DNA from: Octopus bimaculoides
Lineage: Eukaryota
Assembly (NCBI RefSeq): GCF_001194135.2
Contig: NC_068984.1
Location: 62,833,141 to 62,883,351, forward strand
Reading direction: 5' to 3'
DNA: 50,211 bases
Position numbers and translations under genes: made by a program. Under the pieces are notes generated by a model. It worked only from the letters and a program-made list of their open reading frames with translations, was not told the DNA's origin and did no database searches. Shown here piece after piece: positions 48,228 to 50,211 of the stretch (positions are counted from its first letter, which is position 1; each line of letters starts with the position of its first letter).

Positions 48228-49857
48228 NNNNNNNNNNNNNNNNNNNNNNNNNNNNNNNNNNNNNNNNNNNNNNNNNNNNNNNNNNNNNNNNNNNNNNNNN
48301 NNNNNNNNNNNNNNNNNNNNNNNNNNNNNNNNNNNNNNNNNNNNNNNNNNNNNNNNNNNNNNNNNNNNNNNNNNNNNNNNNNNNNNNNNNNNNNNNNNNN
48401 NNNNNNNNNNNNNNNNNNNNNNNNNNNNNNNNNNNNNNNNNNNNNNNNNNNNNNNNNNNNNNNNNNNNNNNNNNNNNNNNNNNNNNNNNNNNNNNNNNNN
48501 NNNNNNNNNNNNNNNNNNNNNNNNNNNNNNNNNNNNNNNNNNNNNNNNNNNNNNNNNNNNNNNNNNNNNNNNNNNNNNNNNNNNNNNNNNNNNNNNNNNN
48601 NNNNNNNNNNNNNNNNNNNNNNNNNNNNNNNNNNNNNNNNNNNNNNNNNNNNNNNNNNNNNNNNNNNNNNNNNNNNNNNNNNNNNNNNNNNNNNNNNNNN
48701 NNNNNNNNNNNNNNNNNNNNNNNNNNNNAATTTTTCAAAGTAAACTCTGTAATCGTTACCAATATAGCATAAGATTTCACCTCAAAAAAATCTTTAATTA
48801 GATTCCTTAAGGATCGTTCTCCTTGTTTATATATCCAAAGTTTCAAATTTATACATTTAAAAAAGAGATTTAACACCGAAGTTTATATATCCATGTATAT
48901 ATGGGTAGCTTATTAGCAATTTAACGGCGGCCCAAAGACAAATTCAAAGATGTCAATAAAATGACAGAGGGTACAAAGTGGTACCCGCGTTGCTAAAAAT
49001 ACGACAAAGCTCCCTACGGTGGCGACCGTATGGACTTTAGTCTTCCTTCTCAGCTTATTAAGATAGTGTTCTTGCGGCTAATGAGGCCTCTTCAGTCTTT
49101 TGTATATATATATATATATTCATATATATATATATATACAAAAATAGACAAACAGACTCACGCACTCACACATTTTGCGAACAAGCTCAAGTATTTATGT
49201 ATGTATTGTTTATTTTAAGCCAAATACATTCAGTTAATATAAAATATTCTGACATTTTCTCACTTCATCCAGTTTTAATCTTCGAAATGAATGTTCCCCA
49301 AAACGCTTCACAGATATAACAAATAGACTACATGTCTTCCAGTTAAGTTCCATTTCCCAACTGATATATCGATATTGTTATATTTTGTTCACTTTTTCGT
49401 GCTTTTTCTGTTTTTCTTTTCCTTTTACTCGACGTTCTTCAGCATTATTTTTCTTATATCTCCATCGACTTGCATTGTGAATTAATTGCGTCTTATATCA
49501 ATTGTAAGAAAACAAAAGCAGTTGTGGCTCCGGTTTGATGACATCATGATTATAATTCAAGTTTCCCACCCACCCCGGCAAGAATTCTGTTCTTACACCT
49601 TGGGGATATATGGAATGATGCCACATCTATACTGCTATCTTCCTTTGTACACTGCATCTAAGTTTGTTTAACAAGCATTAAGTATAAAATGAAACCTTAA
49701 ATACGCATGTACGATCACTGAAAATTTAAAATACCGCTATTTCTTGTTATAAACTAATACCGATTTATTTCTATAACATATTAATCGATACACGTAGGTA
49801 TTTATACCTGTATATAAGCGTTTATCGCTTACGTAAACCTTGTGTGTGTATTTGGTT

Positions 49858-50130
49858 GACGAAAACTGAAAGGAGTCCGCCGTGTATATGTGTGTGTGCG
49901 CGCGGCTGTCTGTATTTGCACGTATTTCTGTGTTTTGCGCATGCCTCCCCACCACTTCTTAACAAACGGTGTGCGTTTGCTTACGTCCCTGTAATATAGT
50001 AGTTCGGTAAAGAAATTCTATGCCCGGGCCGAAAATTATGTGCTGGAATCCTTTGTTCGGCTAAAGCCTTTATGTCCGTGCCCCAGCCTGATCATATTGC
50101 CCTGACGGACATAATGAAAATGTAAGAAAG
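49858..50130 (+). mobile_element. SINE family A, 5'-truncated
   Basis: gacgaaaactgaaaggagtccgccg...ttacgtccctgtaatatagtagttcggtaaa...gtgccccagc matches the reverse complement of 21457-21720. Confidence 0.75.
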
Positions 50131-50211
50131 GATGCATATTTGCCTGTGTCTGTGTGCCTGTGTATCATTTAGCTAGCTAGCTGAATATATATATATATAT
50201 ATATATATATA

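Overview
AT-rich, microsatellite-dense animal genomic DNA with 9 assembly gaps. The SINE repertoire and simple repeats suggest a coleoid cephalopod (Octopus-like); this is my inference. I found no intact protein-coding gene. The window has three layers. (1) TE relics: a near-complete Chapaev3 DNA transposon with TIRs and TSD, three mariner/Tc1 remnants, a hAT (Buster/Charlie-like) remnant, CR1/L2, RTE and R4/Dong LINE fragments, several Penelope-like (PLE) pieces, a Merlin-like MITE nested in a fold-back MITE, and about 17 tRNA-derived SINE copies from several families. (2) Minimal type-I hammerhead ribozyme motifs from at least five unrelated repeat families. Several have a different palindrome at helix III (ACCATGGT, ATCATCGATGAT, ACTGCAGT, AGTATACT). 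They sit in circularly permuted ~530-bp monomers and in a 300-bp tandem repeat, i.e. retrozyme-like units. (3) The non-repeat DNA between TEs repeatedly yields frameshifted, stop-ridden LRR, LRRCT, TM and TIR motifs in the expected order. This suggests a decayed tandem array of single-exon Toll-like receptor genes that the ORF track misses. All calls come from manual reading and translation; no database search was run.
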